NCBI GenBank assembly: GCA_964532175.1
Contig: CAZHGP010000002.1
Coordinates: 18,908 to 65,209, forward strand
Length of the DNA stretch: 46,302 nt
Direction: 5' to 3'
From: an uncultured Nitrososphaeria archaeon
GTDB taxonomy: Archaea > Thermoproteota > Nitrososphaeria_A > Caldarchaeales > JAVZCJ01
Shown here: positions 1 through 9,706 of the stretch, one piece after another
Numbering within the stretch: the first letter of the stretch is position 1
Layout: every line of letters begins with the position of its first letter
Notes under the pieces: model-generated
Databases searched by the model: none
The model's input: only the letters and a program-made list of their open reading frames with translations
Told to the model about the DNA's origin: nothing
Translations under genes and position numbers: made by a program

Positions 1-140
1 GGCCAATAGGTCGTGTCAACTCTATGTATGCTAGCATTACACGAATAATATTTCCCAACGACATGGTAACTAACACTGAAAACCAAGCTTCAACATAATT
101 TATATATTGATTCGCTTTTAAACTTATCAAAATAGTATCT

Positions 141-507
141 CTAAATTATGAGCTTTAATTTCCCAGAAGAAGTAGAAATCATTAATATGGAATAAAGACT
201 TATCTCATTATAACCACTTTTATTTTTTCGGACATCCATCCCATTCTGTGGCACGCTTTCATAACCTCTATCTCCATTATTACTGCAAGCTAAGTTGTAG
301 GTCAGCACTTGACTGAGAGTATAAAAAACATCTGAGCTCATAATCTATTTTCCATGAGCTACGGCTTTCTTTTTGAGTTATCCGTATAGTTCCTTTTTTA
401 TCTTCATGTCTTTTAAAATAAGTTATTTTTACTTTAGGAAGTAATATTAAAGGTTTTTCACTTTCAATCAAATTATATTTAACTATATGACTAATTTCTT
501 TTTTCAT
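141..507 (-). pseudogene. Unidentified gene split over two overlapping frames (507->280, then 341->141). The frames can be joined by a 1-nt change in an A6/T6 run.
   Basis: The two track ORFs overlap at 280-341. The homopolymer aaaaaa at 323-328 lies at the frame switch, and deleting one base fuses both frames. No family recognised. G+C is visibly higher than the surroundings. Confidence 0.3.
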
Positions 508-706
508 TCTTTATATCTTTGATATAAAAAATATGAGAGAATTATTTATACTTTTTACTTTTTTATTTAATGAGTTCTTTAATAGTCTATATACTTCTTA
601 GTCTTAACTTCTTTATCAATTTTAGCAAAACTATGTTTTTATTTTATCTTAAATTTTAAGCAATCATAAATATTAAAATATATCTTTTTTATAGTGAAAT
701 ATAATT

Positions 707-1582
707 ATGTTAAATAATAATTTTTTCATAGAAGAAAAAAGTAAATTTGATATTTCAATCCTTTTACCAGCATCTTTTACTATCGAAACCCCTCATTTAA
801 GAGAAAAAACTTTTAGAATAGGTTTTATTGCAAGAGCATTAGCAACTTATAGAATTGGAACAGTTATTTTCTATCCTGAAAATAAAAAAATTTCAAATAT
901 TGAAAGAGAAAATTTTAATATTATAAAAAAAATATTAGATTATATTAATACTGCTCCATATCTTAGAAAATTTTTATTTAAAATTTCTCCAGAACTTAAA
1001 TATGCTAGTTTACTTCCTCCTCTTCAAATTCCTACTCATGCAGAAAAAATAAATTTTAAAAATATTATTTCTCATTATAGACAAGGTTTAGTTATTAAAA
1101 CTGGGAAGAATAGTATTATTGAAGCTGGATTGAATAAAAAAATTATTTCAAGAAAAAAACTTAAGAAAAATAAAAGAGTAATTATTAAAATAGATAAATC
1201 TGAAAAAGGATTTAAATTAAAAATTCTTTCAAGAAAAAAAGCAAGTGTATATGATGGTTTTAGAACATATCTTTATGAAGGAGACTTGAAAAAACTTATT
1301 GAAAGCTTTGATTTATCGATTGCTACTTCAAAATATGGCTTATCTATATTAAATTTAATAGAAGATTTAAGAAAAAAATTAAAAGAAGCAAATAGGGTTT
1401 GTATAGCATTCGGTCCAGCTAAATATGGATTATATAAAGTTTTTAAAAATCATGGTTATAATTTAGAAGAAATTTTCGATTATGTAATAAATACTATTCC
1501 ATATCAAGGAGTAAAAACAATAAGAACTGAAGAAGCTTTATTTTCTACTCTTTCAATTATTAATATATTAGCAAATTTATAA
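707..1582 (+). CDS. Putative SPOUT-superfamily RNA methyltransferase (DUF171/COG2106-like)
   Basis: 291 aa. The C-terminal segment CIAFGPAKYGL...VINTIPYQGVKTIRTEEAL resembles a SPOUT knot region. Lies directly upstream of L3. Confidence 0.55.
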   Translation: MLNNNFFIEEKSKFDISILLPASFTIETPHLREKTFRIGFIARALATYRIGTVIFYPENKKISNIERENFNIIKKILDYINTAPYLRKFLFKISPELKYASLLPPLQIPTHAEKINFKNIISHYRQGLVIKTGKNSIIEAGLNKKIISRKKLKKNKRVIIKIDKSEKGFKLKILSRKKASVYDGFRTYLYEGDLKKLIESFDLSIATSKYGLSILNLIEDLRKKLKEANRVCIAFGPAKYGLYKVFKNHGYNLEEIFDYVINTIPYQGVKTIRTEEALFSTLSIINILANL

Positions 1583-1644
1583 TATTCAATGAAAACTTAA
1601 TATTTCTCCATTTTTCTGCATAAAAATATACCGGTGGAAAAACT

Positions 1645-2628
1645 ATGGGTCATAGAAAACAATCTAGACCAAGGCATGGCTCTTTAGCATATTTGCCTAG
1701 AGGTAGAGCTTCTAGAATAATTCCTAAAATTAAATACTGGCCTCCATATGATAAAGAACCTAAACCATTAGCTTTTGTTTGTTTTAAAGCAGGTTTAACA
1801 AGTGCTTTTATTATAGATAATACTCCTCATTCTCCTACTTATGGTACTGAAATAATGGTTCCAGCAACAGTTTTAGCAGCTCCTCCAATGTTTGTTGCTG
1901 GAATAGTTTTTTATGAAAAAATTGAAGATGGATCATTGAAAGCATTATTTACTATTTGGAGTGAAAAAACTCCTGAAAATATACGTAGGCTTCATCCTTC
2001 TTTTAAACCAAATCAAGATAAATTAAATAATATTGAAAAAATTATTGATAGAATTTATGAAGTTAGATTATTAATGATGACTCAACCATATTTAATTGGT
2101 TTATCAAAAAAGCCTAGATTGATTGAAATAAAAGTTGGTGGAAAAAATATAAAAGAATGTGTAGATTATGCAATAAAAAAATTAGGTTCAGAAATAAGTA
2201 TTAAAGAATTATTTAAAAAAGGAGATTTTGTAGATGTTATTGCAGTATCTAAAGGTAAAGGATTTCAAGGAGTTGTAAAAAGATATAGAGTAAAGCTTCA
2301 ACCTAGAAAATCTAGAAAAATGAAAAGAGCTGTAGCATCTATTGGTCCATGGCATCCAGCATATGTAATGTATACTGTTCCAAGAGCAGGGCAAATGGGT
2401 TATCATAGAAGAACAGAATTTAATAAAGAAATATTAGATATAGAAGATGATGGAAGCAAATATACTCCTAAAGGTGGATGGAAACATTTTGGAGTAATTA
2501 AAACAACTGCAGTATTAATTAAAGGAACTATTCCAGGGACACAAAAAAGACCAATAATTTTAAGAATTCCAGCAAAACCACCAAAAATAGAAATTAAAGA
2601 AAAACAAATAACATTTGTTAAAGTGTGA
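1645..2628 (+). CDS. rpl3: 50S ribosomal protein L3 (uL3)
   Basis: MGHRKQSRPRHGSLAYLPR N-terminus and GKGFQGVVKR motif; first gene of the conserved cluster. Confidence 0.95.
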   Translation: MGHRKQSRPRHGSLAYLPRGRASRIIPKIKYWPPYDKEPKPLAFVCFKAGLTSAFIIDNTPHSPTYGTEIMVPATVLAAPPMFVAGIVFYEKIEDGSLKALFTIWSEKTPENIRRLHPSFKPNQDKLNNIEKIIDRIYEVRLLMMTQPYLIGLSKKPRLIEIKVGGKNIKECVDYAIKKLGSEISIKELFKKGDFVDVIAVSKGKGFQGVVKRYRVKLQPRKSRKMKRAVASIGPWHPAYVMYTVPRAGQMGYHRRTEFNKEILDIEDDGSKYTPKGGWKHFGVIKTTAVLIKGTIPGTQKRPIILRIPAKPPKIEIKEKQITFVKV

Positions 2629-3455
2629 TTAACATGTTATCAACAATAGAAATTCTTAAAAATGAAATTCCTAAAAAGAAAATAAATGTATTAGATTTAG
2701 AAGGGAAAAAAGTTAAAACAATTCCTTTACCAAAAATTTTCTTAATTCCATATAGACCAGATCTTGTAAAAAGAGCTTTTCTTTTTATGCAAACATCAAA
2801 ATTTCAACCAAAAGGGGCTTCAAAATTATCAGGACATAAATATTCTGTTGAATCTCTTGGAGCTGGTTATGGAATGGCTAGAGTAGCAAGAATAAAAGGA
2901 GGAGGACCAAAAAGAATGAGTGCTGCTTTTGTTCCTTCTGCAGTAGGAGGAAGACCAACTCATCCACCAAAACCTGAGAAAAAAATAAAGAAAAGATTGA
3001 ATAAAATGGAAAAAATTTTAGCTCTTTTATCTGCAATATCAATGTCTGGAGATCCTGAAATAGTTTCAAAAAGAGGGCATAGAATAGGTAAATTGAAACT
3101 TCCAATAGTATTAACTGATGATATTCAATCTATTAAAAAATCAAGTGAGCTTAAAAAAGTACTTGAAAATATAGGATTAAAAGAAGAAATTGAAAGATGT
3201 AGTAAAAAGAATATAAGAGCTGGAAAAGGTAAAAGAAGAGGTAGAAGATATAAAAGAAGAGTAGGTCCATTAATAATTGTAGAAAAAGATGATGGAATAA
3301 TAAAAGCTGCATCAAACATTCCTGGTTTAGAAGCAATAACATTGGATAAATTAAATATATTACATTTAGCTCCTGGTGCACATCCTGTAAGATTAATAAT
3401 ATGGTCTGAATCTGCAATAAATAATATAGATAAAATGTTGGAGAAATTGAAATGA
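2625..3455 (+). CDS. rpl4: 50S ribosomal protein L4 (uL4)
   Basis: Position after L3 with a 4-nt overlap; GRPTHPPK and [12 protein letters not shown] motifs. Confidence 0.9.
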   Translation: MINMLSTIEILKNEIPKKKINVLDLEGKKVKTIPLPKIFLIPYRPDLVKRAFLFMQTSKFQPKGASKLSGHKYSVESLGAGYGMARVARIKGGGPKRMSAAFVPSAVGGRPTHPPKPEKKIKKRLNKMEKILALLSAISMSGDPEIVSKRGHRIGKLKLPIVLTDDIQSIKKSSELKKVLENIGLKEEIERCSKKNIRAGKGKRRGRRYKRRVGPLIIVEKDDGIIKAASNIPGLEAITLDKLNILHLAPGAHPVRLIIWSESAINNIDKMLEKLK

Positions 3456-3721
3456 GTAAAAAAATAGAAAATGATATTATAAAAAGAGTTGTTATAACTG
3501 AAAAAGCAGTTTCTCTTATAGAATCTGAAAATAAATTAGTATTCATTGTTGATTTAAAAGCAACTAAAGAAGATGTTAAAAAAGCAATAGAAAAATTATT
3601 TGAAGTAAAAGTAGATAAAATAAATTTATTAATTACCCCTTTAGGAGAGAAAAAAGCTTATGTTAAATTAAAACCAGAATATAAAGCTTCAGATATAGCT
3701 ATTAAATTAGGAGTATTTTAG
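3452..3721 (+). CDS. rpl23: 50S ribosomal protein L23 (uL23)
   Basis: 89 aa; VVITEKA...LVFIVD...KKAYVKL pattern; synteny; ends in TAG. Confidence 0.9.
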   Translation: MSKKIENDIIKRVVITEKAVSLIESENKLVFIVDLKATKEDVKKAIEKLFEVKVDKINLLITPLGEKKAYVKLKPEYKASDIAIKLGVF

Positions 3722-3732
3722 GTGAGTAAAAA

Positions 3733-4467
3733 ATGGGTAAAAGAATAAGAGCTCAAAGGATTGGAAGAGGCTCTCCAACATTTAAAGCTGCTAAAAGAAA
3801 ATTTAAATTATATTATCCATCGAATTTAATAAATTCTAAAAAATTAGTTACTGGAATTGTTAGAGATTTATGTCATGATAGAGGTAGAGGAGCGCCTGTT
3901 GCAATAATAGAAACTGAATTTGGTGAAACTTTTGCAATAGCTGCAATTCAAGGAATGTATATTGGACAAAAAATATTAATGGGAGAGAATGTTCCTATAG
4001 AAAATGCAAATATACTTCCTTTAGAAAAAATTCCTGAAGGTACGATTGTTTCTTCTATAGAATTAAATCCTGGAGATGGTGGAAAAATTGCAAGATCTTC
4101 AGGAGCTTATGCAATAGTAGTAGGTAAAAAAGAAGATAAAGTATTTTTAAGGCTTCCATCAAAAAAAGTTATAGGTGTTCCATCAAAATCTTTAGCAATT
4201 ATTGGTGTTGTAGCTGGTGGAGGGAGAATAGAAAAACCTTTCCTTAAAGCAGGTAAAAAATATCATTGGATGAAAGCAAAAGGAAGGCCTTATCCAAGAG
4301 TAAGAGGAGTAGCTATGGCAGCTGCACTTCATCCATTTGGAGGAGGAAGCCATAAAAGACCTGGTGGGCCTACAAGCGTAAAAAGAACTGCTCCACCTGG
4401 ACAAAAAGTAGGATTAATAGCTCCTAAAAGAACTGGAAGAAAAAGAGGTACTCAAAAAACTCAATAA
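3733..4467 (+). CDS. rpl2: 50S ribosomal protein L2 (uL2)
   Basis: MGKRIRAQRIGRGSPTF...GGGRIEKP...HPFGGG motifs. Confidence 0.95.
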   Translation: MGKRIRAQRIGRGSPTFKAAKRKFKLYYPSNLINSKKLVTGIVRDLCHDRGRGAPVAIIETEFGETFAIAAIQGMYIGQKILMGENVPIENANILPLEKIPEGTIVSSIELNPGDGGKIARSSGAYAIVVGKKEDKVFLRLPSKKVIGVPSKSLAIIGVVAGGGRIEKPFLKAGKKYHWMKAKGRPYPRVRGVAMAAALHPFGGGSHKRPGGPTSVKRTAPPGQKVGLIAPKRTGRKRGTQKTQ

Positions 4468-4532
4468 ATAGATTCCTTACTTTTTTATCTTTTTTTATTT
4501 AAAATATATATTTTTCTAAAAATATTCATTTA

Positions 4533-4543
4533 AACTTTATAAC
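4533..4543 (+). promoter_or_regulatory. Candidate BRE/TATA element (aaactttataa) for an internal promoter ahead of L22
   Basis: AT-rich 116-nt spacer where S19 normally lies. The TATA-like box is about 40 nt upstream of the L22 TTG start, with an SD-like gtgatgg at 4574-4580. Confidence 0.25.
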
Positions 4544-4583
4544 TTAATTATTTTTTATCGTTTTTCACTAATAGTGATGGAAA

Positions 4584-5042
4584 TTGCCTCATTGGGGCTA
4601 TTCATTAAAAGAAATAGATAATGAAAGAATGGTAAAAGCAAGTTTAAGAGAAGTAGATGTATCTCCAAAATTTGCTAGAGAATTATGTAAATCCTTAGTT
4701 GGATTAATGCTTGATGATGCTAAATCTCTTTTAGAAGATGTTATTAATAAAAAAAGAGCAATTCCTTATAGAAGATATAAAAAAGATAGAGCTCATAATA
4801 AAATAGTTAAAGGACCAGGAGGTTATCCAATTAAAGCAGCAAAATTAATGCTTAAACTTTTAGAAAGTCTTGAAGCAAATGCAGAATTTAAAGGGCAATC
4901 TCCTGAAAATATAAAAATAATTCATGCTTCAGTTCATAAAGCTAGAAAAATACGTAAAATTATTGAAAGAGCATTTGGAAGAGCAACTCCTTATGATAAA
5001 CAATTAGTTCATATAGAAGTTATAGGGGAGGAGATTAAGTAA
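4584..5042 (+). CDS. rpl22: 50S ribosomal protein L22 (uL22), TTG start
   Basis: YS...MVKASLREVDVSPKFARELCKSL matches the archaeal L22 N-terminus. An in-frame TGA at 4575-4577 excludes earlier starts. Confidence 0.85.
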   Translation: MPHWGYSLKEIDNERMVKASLREVDVSPKFARELCKSLVGLMLDDAKSLLEDVINKKRAIPYRRYKKDRAHNKIVKGPGGYPIKAAKLMLKLLESLEANAEFKGQSPENIKIIHASVHKARKIRKIIERAFGRATPYDKQLVHIEVIGEEIK

Positions 5043-5043
5043 A

Positions 5044-5679
5044 ATGGGAGTAATTAAAGAAATTCTTAAGAAAAATATTAGAAAATCAGAAATAGAAGAA
5101 TATTTAAGAGAAACTCTTAAAGATGCATTTTTTGGAGGAGTAGATATAGGCTTTTCTCCTTTAGGAACTAGAGTAACAATTTATGCAATGCGTCCTGGAA
5201 GAGTTATAGGATTAAGAGGAAAAACTATTAAAGAAATTTCTCGTGTTTTAGAAGAAAAATTTGGATTAGAAAATCCTCAAATAGCTGTTGCTGAAATTGA
5301 AGTTCCTGAATTAAATCCATATATTATGGCTTCAAGAATAGCTTCTGCTATAGCAAAAGGTATAAGATTTAGAAGAGTAGCTTTTTGGGCTTTAAAAAGA
5401 ATAATGGATGCAGGTGCTAGAGGAGTAATAATAGAAATTAGTGGAAAAACTACTTCTGCAAGAGCTAGAACAGAAAAATTTGTTGAAGGATATATTCCAA
5501 GATGTGGTGATCATGCAGTTAAATATTTACGTAAAGCATCTGTTTCAGTTCAATTAAAAATAGGTGTTTTTGGAGTTAAAGTAATTATTTATCCTCCTGA
5601 TGCTCCTATTCCAGATTCTTATAAAGTAAAATCTTCAATTGAAAATCAAAAAATTGAGGAGATGAAAAATGACAAATAA
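5044..5679 (+). CDS. rps3: 30S ribosomal protein S3 (uS3)
   Basis: KH-domain pattern RVTIYAMRPGRVIGLRGKTIKEI; synteny. Confidence 0.95.
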   Translation: MGVIKEILKKNIRKSEIEEYLRETLKDAFFGGVDIGFSPLGTRVTIYAMRPGRVIGLRGKTIKEISRVLEEKFGLENPQIAVAEIEVPELNPYIMASRIASAIAKGIRFRRVAFWALKRIMDAGARGVIIEISGKTTSARARTEKFVEGYIPRCGDHAVKYLRKASVSVQLKIGVFGVKVIIYPPDAPIPDSYKVKSSIENQKIEEMKNDK

Positions 5680-5881
5680 AGAAATTAAAGAACTTAGAAA
5701 TCTTTCAAATGAAGAACTTTTAGAACAACTTTCACAATTAAGAATAGAACTTAGAAACCTTAGAACTAAAATAGGATCAGGAGGAGTAATTGAAAAACCA
5801 TCTAGAATTAAAGCTATTAGAAAAAGAATAGCTAGAATTCTTACAATTTTAAATGAAAGAAAGAGGGGTATAAATGTTTAA
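5669..5881 (+). CDS. rpl29: 50S ribosomal protein L29 (uL29)
   Basis: 70 aa; ELRNLSNEELLEQLSQLRIELRNLR; synteny. Confidence 0.85.
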   Translation: MTNKEIKELRNLSNEELLEQLSQLRIELRNLRTKIGSGGVIEKPSRIKAIRKRIARILTILNERKRGINV

Positions 5882-6167
5882 ACAAATTCCTATTACTCCT
5901 AAAAATATTCTTAATCATGAAATTATTGGATTAGAAATTAAAATAGTTTCTAGTAAAAATCCTTTACTTAATAATTTAGAAGGAATAGTTATTGGAGAAA
6001 CTAAAAATACATTAAAAATTCTTTCTAATAATAAAAAGAAAATAATTCCAAAAAATGTATGTATTTTTCAATTTAAATTAAAAAGTGGAGAAATAGTTGA
6101 AATTAATGGAGAAAAGCTTGTTGGTAGACCTGAAGAAAGATTGAAAAGGAGGTTTAGAGAATGGTAG
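5874..6167 (+). CDS. rnp1: RNase P protein component 1 (Rpp29/Pop4)
   Basis: 97 aa; GLEIKIVSSKNP...GIVIGETKNTLKI pattern; canonical archaeal position between L29 and S17. Confidence 0.75.
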   Translation: MFKQIPITPKNILNHEIIGLEIKIVSSKNPLLNNLEGIVIGETKNTLKILSNNKKKIIPKNVCIFQFKLKSGEIVEINGEKLVGRPEERLKRRFREW

Positions 6168-6496
6168 AAGTTAGAAATATTGGAATAAATATTCCTATTC
6201 CAAAAGAATCATGTAATGATCCATTATGTCCTTTTCATGGAAAATTATCTATTAGAGGAAGATTACTTGAAGGTATAGTTTTAAAAAATAGAGCTGAAAG
6301 AACAATTGTTGTAAGAAGAGAATATCTTCATTATATTCCAAAATATAAAAGATATGAAAAACGTAGAAAAAATATTTCTGCACATTGCCCACCTTGTATA
6401 TCTGTTAAAGAAGGAGATAAAGTGACTATTGCTGAATGTAGACCTATTAGTAAAACAGTATCTTTTGTTGTTATAGAAAAAAAGGAGGGGAAATAA
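6161..6496 (+). CDS. rps17: 30S ribosomal protein S17 (uS17)
   Basis: CNDPLCPFHG...GDKVTIAECRPISKT; synteny. Confidence 0.9.
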   Translation: MVEVRNIGINIPIPKESCNDPLCPFHGKLSIRGRLLEGIVLKNRAERTIVVRREYLHYIPKYKRYEKRRKNISAHCPPCISVKEGDKVTIAECRPISKTVSFVVIEKKEGK

Positions 6497-6931
6497 ATGT
6501 CTAAGAAAAGTAGAGCTGTAGCAGCTGTAGGAATTCTTGAAAGGAAACCAAACATTCCTAGATGCATACCAGTAGGTGCAGAGCTTGTTTGTGCAGATAA
6601 TTCTGGAGCACAAACACTTAAATTAATTCAAGTACATGGTATTTCTCCTAGATTAAGACAATATCCTTCAGCAGCTGTTGGAGATTTAGTTTCTGTAAGT
6701 GTTAAGAAAGGGCCTCCTGAATTAAGGAAAAAACCTATGCATGCAGTAATAATTAGACAAAGGAAGCCTTATAGAAGGCCTGATGGAACATGGATAATGT
6801 TTGAAGATACTGCAGCTGTATTAATTACTCCTGAAGGAGATTTAAAAGGTACTCAAATTAAAGGTCCTGTAGCTAAAGAAGCTGCAGAAAGATGGTCTAG
6901 AATAGCTAATGCAGCAAGTATAATAATATGA
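6497..6931 (+). CDS. rpl14: 50S ribosomal protein L14 (uL14)
   Basis: LVCADNSGAQTLKLIQV...AVIIRQRKPYRRPDG motifs. Confidence 0.95.
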   Translation: MSKKSRAVAAVGILERKPNIPRCIPVGAELVCADNSGAQTLKLIQVHGISPRLRQYPSAAVGDLVSVSVKKGPPELRKKPMHAVIIRQRKPYRRPDGTWIMFEDTAAVLITPEGDLKGTQIKGPVAKEAAERWSRIANAASIII

Positions 6932-6943
6932 AAGGTGTATTTT

Positions 6944-7321
6944 ATGAGTACTTCAAAGAAACCTAGAAAACAAAGAAAAAAAATCTTCACAGCTCCTATT
7001 CATAAGCTTTTCAAATTAACTTCTGCTCATTTATCTCCTGAATTGAGAGAAAAATATGGTTGTAGGTCTTTACCTATAAGAACTGGAGATCGTGTAAGAA
7101 TAATGAGGGGGGAATTTAAAGGTTTAGAAGGGAAAGTAACTAAAGTTGATCATGAAAGACAATTCGTATATATAGAGAATATAACTATGAAAAAAGCTGA
7201 TGGATCAACTGTATTAAAACCAATTCATGCTTCTAAAGTAATGATAACGAATTTATATTTAGATGATAAATATAGAGTTAAAAAATTAGAAGAAATTATG
7301 AAATTAAAAGGGGTAAGTTAA
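6944..7321 (+). CDS. rpl24: 50S ribosomal protein L24 (uL24)
   Basis: KOW motif GDRVRIMRGEFKGLEGKV. ATG at 6944 preceded by SD aaggtg; the track start at 6935 is the GTG inside the SD. Confidence 0.9.
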   Translation: MSTSKKPRKQRKKIFTAPIHKLFKLTSAHLSPELREKYGCRSLPIRTGDRVRIMRGEFKGLEGKVTKVDHERQFVYIENITMKKADGSTVLKPIHASKVMITNLYLDDKYRVKKLEEIMKLKGVS

Positions 7322-7323
7322 AA

Positions 7324-8043
7324 ATGCATTTAAAAAGATATGCTGCTCCAAGAGAATTGCCCATACCTGTTAAAGAAAAGAAATTCGTTACTCGTTCTAT
7401 TCCAGGACCGCATCCATTAAGAAAATCAATTCCATTAATAATAGTTATTAGAGATATATTAAAACATGCAGAAACAGCTTCTGAAGCAAAAAAGATAATA
7501 TCAAGTGGGAAAGTATTAATAGATGGAAGAGTTATTAAAGAACATAGATTTCCAATTGGTTTAATGGATGTTCTTGAAATTCCTGAAACAAAAGAAATTT
7601 ATAGATTTTTACCAATTCCAGGTAAAGGTTTAAGACCTATAGAAATTCCATTTGAAGAGAAAAATTTCAAATTATGTAAAATCATTAGGAAATTTCATGT
7701 AAAGAAAGGATATTTGCAATTCACTTTACATGATGGTAGAAATATAAGATTTAATTCTGAAAGTGAAATAAATCCTAGGAAATTTATGGTAGGAGATACT
7801 TTTAAAATAAGTTTACCTAATCAAGATTTTATGGAACATTTATCATTCAATAAAGATTTTTATGCATTAATAATAGATGGTCCAAAAGAAGGGCTTCATG
7901 GAAGAATTCTAGAATTTACTGAAGGAACGTTTTTCAGAAAACCAATTGCAACAATTATTTTACAAAATGATGAAAAAGTAATAACTCTTAAAGATTATGT
8001 TTTTATAATTGGGAGTGATAAACCATGGATCAAACTACCTTAG
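7324..8043 (+). CDS. rps4e: 30S ribosomal protein S4e (eS4)
   Basis: MHLKRYAAP...IPLIIVIRD...VLIDGRV pattern; synteny. Confidence 0.9.
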   Translation: MHLKRYAAPRELPIPVKEKKFVTRSIPGPHPLRKSIPLIIVIRDILKHAETASEAKKIISSGKVLIDGRVIKEHRFPIGLMDVLEIPETKEIYRFLPIPGKGLRPIEIPFEEKNFKLCKIIRKFHVKKGYLQFTLHDGRNIRFNSESEINPRKFMVGDTFKISLPNQDFMEHLSFNKDFYALIIDGPKEGLHGRILEFTEGTFFRKPIATIILQNDEKVITLKDYVFIIGSDKPWIKLP

Positions 8044-8564
8044 AAAAAACAATAGTGAAAAAAATGGATAAAATAATAAAAATAGATAAAGTTGTTGTAA
8101 ATTGCAGTGTAGGAGAATCTGGTGTGAAACTTGAAAAAGCTTCTAAAATAATTGAACAATTAACAAATCAAAAACCAATTTTATGTAAAGCTAGGAAAAC
8201 TATTAAATCATTTGGAATACATAAAGGAGAACCTATTGCTGTTAAAGTTACTCTTAGAAAAAATAAAGCATACGATTTCTTACAAAAAGCTTTAAAAGCA
8301 ATTAAGAATAAAATTCCAAAAGATAGTTTTGATGAAAATGGTAATGTTTCATTTGGAATATCTGAACATTTGGATATTCCTGGAACAAAATATGATCCTT
8401 CTCTTGGAATAATTGGAATGGATGTGTGTGTCTCACTTTGCAAGCCAGGAAAAAGAGTATCTTTAAGGAGAAGAGCTAGATCAAAAATTGGGAAAAGGCA
8501 AAGAGTCACAAAAGAAGAAGCAATGAAATTCTTTATTGAAACATTTAATGTAGAATTAGTTTAA
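8025..8564 (+). CDS. rpl5: 50S ribosomal protein L5 (uL5)
   Basis: IDKVVVNCSVGESG motif. The start may instead be the ATG at 8064. Confidence 0.9.
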   Translation: MDQTTLEKTIVKKMDKIIKIDKVVVNCSVGESGVKLEKASKIIEQLTNQKPILCKARKTIKSFGIHKGEPIAVKVTLRKNKAYDFLQKALKAIKNKIPKDSFDENGNVSFGISEHLDIPGTKYDPSLGIIGMDVCVSLCKPGKRVSLRRRARSKIGKRQRVTKEEAMKFFIETFNVELV

Positions 8565-8737
8565 TGGTGAGAAGAATGAAAAATAAGCCACCTAAGAATA
8601 GGAAATTTGGTAAAGGAGTTGTAAAATGTAGGAGATGCGGTACAACTGTAGGTGTTATTAGAAAATATAATCTATATATTTGCAGAAGATGTATAAATGA
8701 AATTGCTCCATTATTAGGTTTTAAAAAATATTCATAA
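8564..8737 (+). CDS. rps14: 30S ribosomal protein S14 (uS14, zinc type); not in the ORF track
   Basis: Hand translation gives MVRRMKNKPPKNRKFGKGVVKCRRCGTTVGVIRKYNLYICRRCINEIAPLLGFKKYS, with CxxC...CxxC. Canonical slot between L5 and S8. Alternative ATG at 8576. Confidence 0.85.
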   Translation: MVRRMKNKPPKNRKFGKGVVKCRRCGTTVGVIRKYNLYICRRCINEIAPLLGFKKYS

Positions 8738-8750
8738 AAAGTGATAAAGA

Positions 8751-9140
8751 ATGACTAGACATGATTTAGTATCTGGTTTATTCAATATAATTCAAAATAA
8801 TGAACTTGTAGGAAATAGAGAATGTATTTATCCTGCTTCAAAACTTATAGCAGCAATTCTAAAAATATTGCAAAAATATTCTTACATAGGAGAATTTGAA
8901 TATATTGATGATGGCAGAGGAGGAAAATTTAAAATTCAACTTCTTGGAAGAATAAATAAATGCGGCTCGATAAAGCCTCATTATAGTGTTAAAGTAAAAG
9001 AATTGGAAGAATGGGAAAAACAATATCTTCCAGCAAGAGATATTGGAATATTGATTTTAACTACTCCAAAAGGAGTTATTTCTCATATAGAAGCTAAAAA
9101 ACTTAATGTTGGTGGAAGATTATTAGGATATGTTTATTAA
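8751..9140 (+). CDS. rps8: 30S ribosomal protein S8 (uS8)
   Basis: 129 aa; YIGEFEYIDDGRGGKF...GGRLLGYVY; synteny. Confidence 0.9.
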   Translation: MTRHDLVSGLFNIIQNNELVGNRECIYPASKLIAAILKILQKYSYIGEFEYIDDGRGGKFKIQLLGRINKCGSIKPHYSVKVKELEEWEKQYLPARDIGILILTTPKGVISHIEAKKLNVGGRLLGYVY

Positions 9141-9145
9141 AAAAA

Positions 9146-9706
9146 GTGATGAGTATGGAAGAAAAAATTGTTGAGAATAAAATAATAATTCCAAATAATG
9201 TTTCAATTAAAATTGAAAATTGTAATGTAATAGTTAAAGGAGAATTAGGAGAAATTAAAGAAGATTTTTCTCACGCATCTCCAATTTTTATTTTACAAGG
9301 AAATGAATTAATAATCAAAATAAAAGGGAAAGGAAAACGTGCTAAAGCATTATTAGGAACAATTACTTCATTAATTAAAAATATGATAATAGGTGTTTCA
9401 AAAGGTTATACTTATAAACTTAAAGTTGTTTCTTCTCACTTTCCAGTTTCTGTAAAAGTTTCAGGAAACATGGTTTTAATAGAAAATTTCCTTGGAGAAA
9501 AATTTGTAAGGAAAGCTAAAATAGTTGGAGAAAATACTAAAGTAATTCCAAAAGGTGAAGATATTATTGTAACAGGAATAAATAAATATGAAGTTAGTCA
9601 AACAGCTGCAAATATTGAAAAAGCTGTAAGAATAAAGAAAAAAGATCCTAGAAAATTTCTTGATGGAATATATGTATATGAAAAACAAGTAGGTATATTA
9701 AAATGA
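9146..9706 (+). CDS. rpl6: 50S ribosomal protein L6 (uL6)
   Basis: VKGELGE...GYTYKLKVVSSHFPV pattern. The true start is probably the ATG at 9149 or 9155. Confidence 0.9.
   Translation: MMSMEEKIVENKIIIPNNVSIKIENCNVIVKGELGEIKEDFSHASPIFILQGNELIIKIKGKGKRAKALLGTITSLIKNMIIGVSKGYTYKLKVVSSHFPVSVKVSGNMVLIENFLGEKFVRKAKIVGENTKVIPKGEDIIVTGINKYEVSQTAANIEKAVRIKKKDPRKFLDGIYVYEKQVGILK

Noticed and set aside
331-360. A hairpin (GAGCTCAT ... ATGAGCT) sits exactly at the frame switch of the left-edge split gene and might be a second BHB intron.
   Set aside because: The flanks do not form a 4-bp central helix with 3-nt bulges (AAGC versus CAGA do not pair). A single-base change in the adjacent A6 run explains the frame switch more simply.
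2209-9688. Antisense or shadow ORFs within ribosomal-protein genes (2209..2406, 2878..3105, 3125..3319, 3151..3546, 4192..4404, 6281..6613, 6331..6567, 8168..8509, 9476..9688).
   Set aside because: Each lies opposite a confidently identified gene. Their translations are low-complexity (L/F/I/S-rich), as expected for the antisense of K/E/R-rich AT-biased genes.
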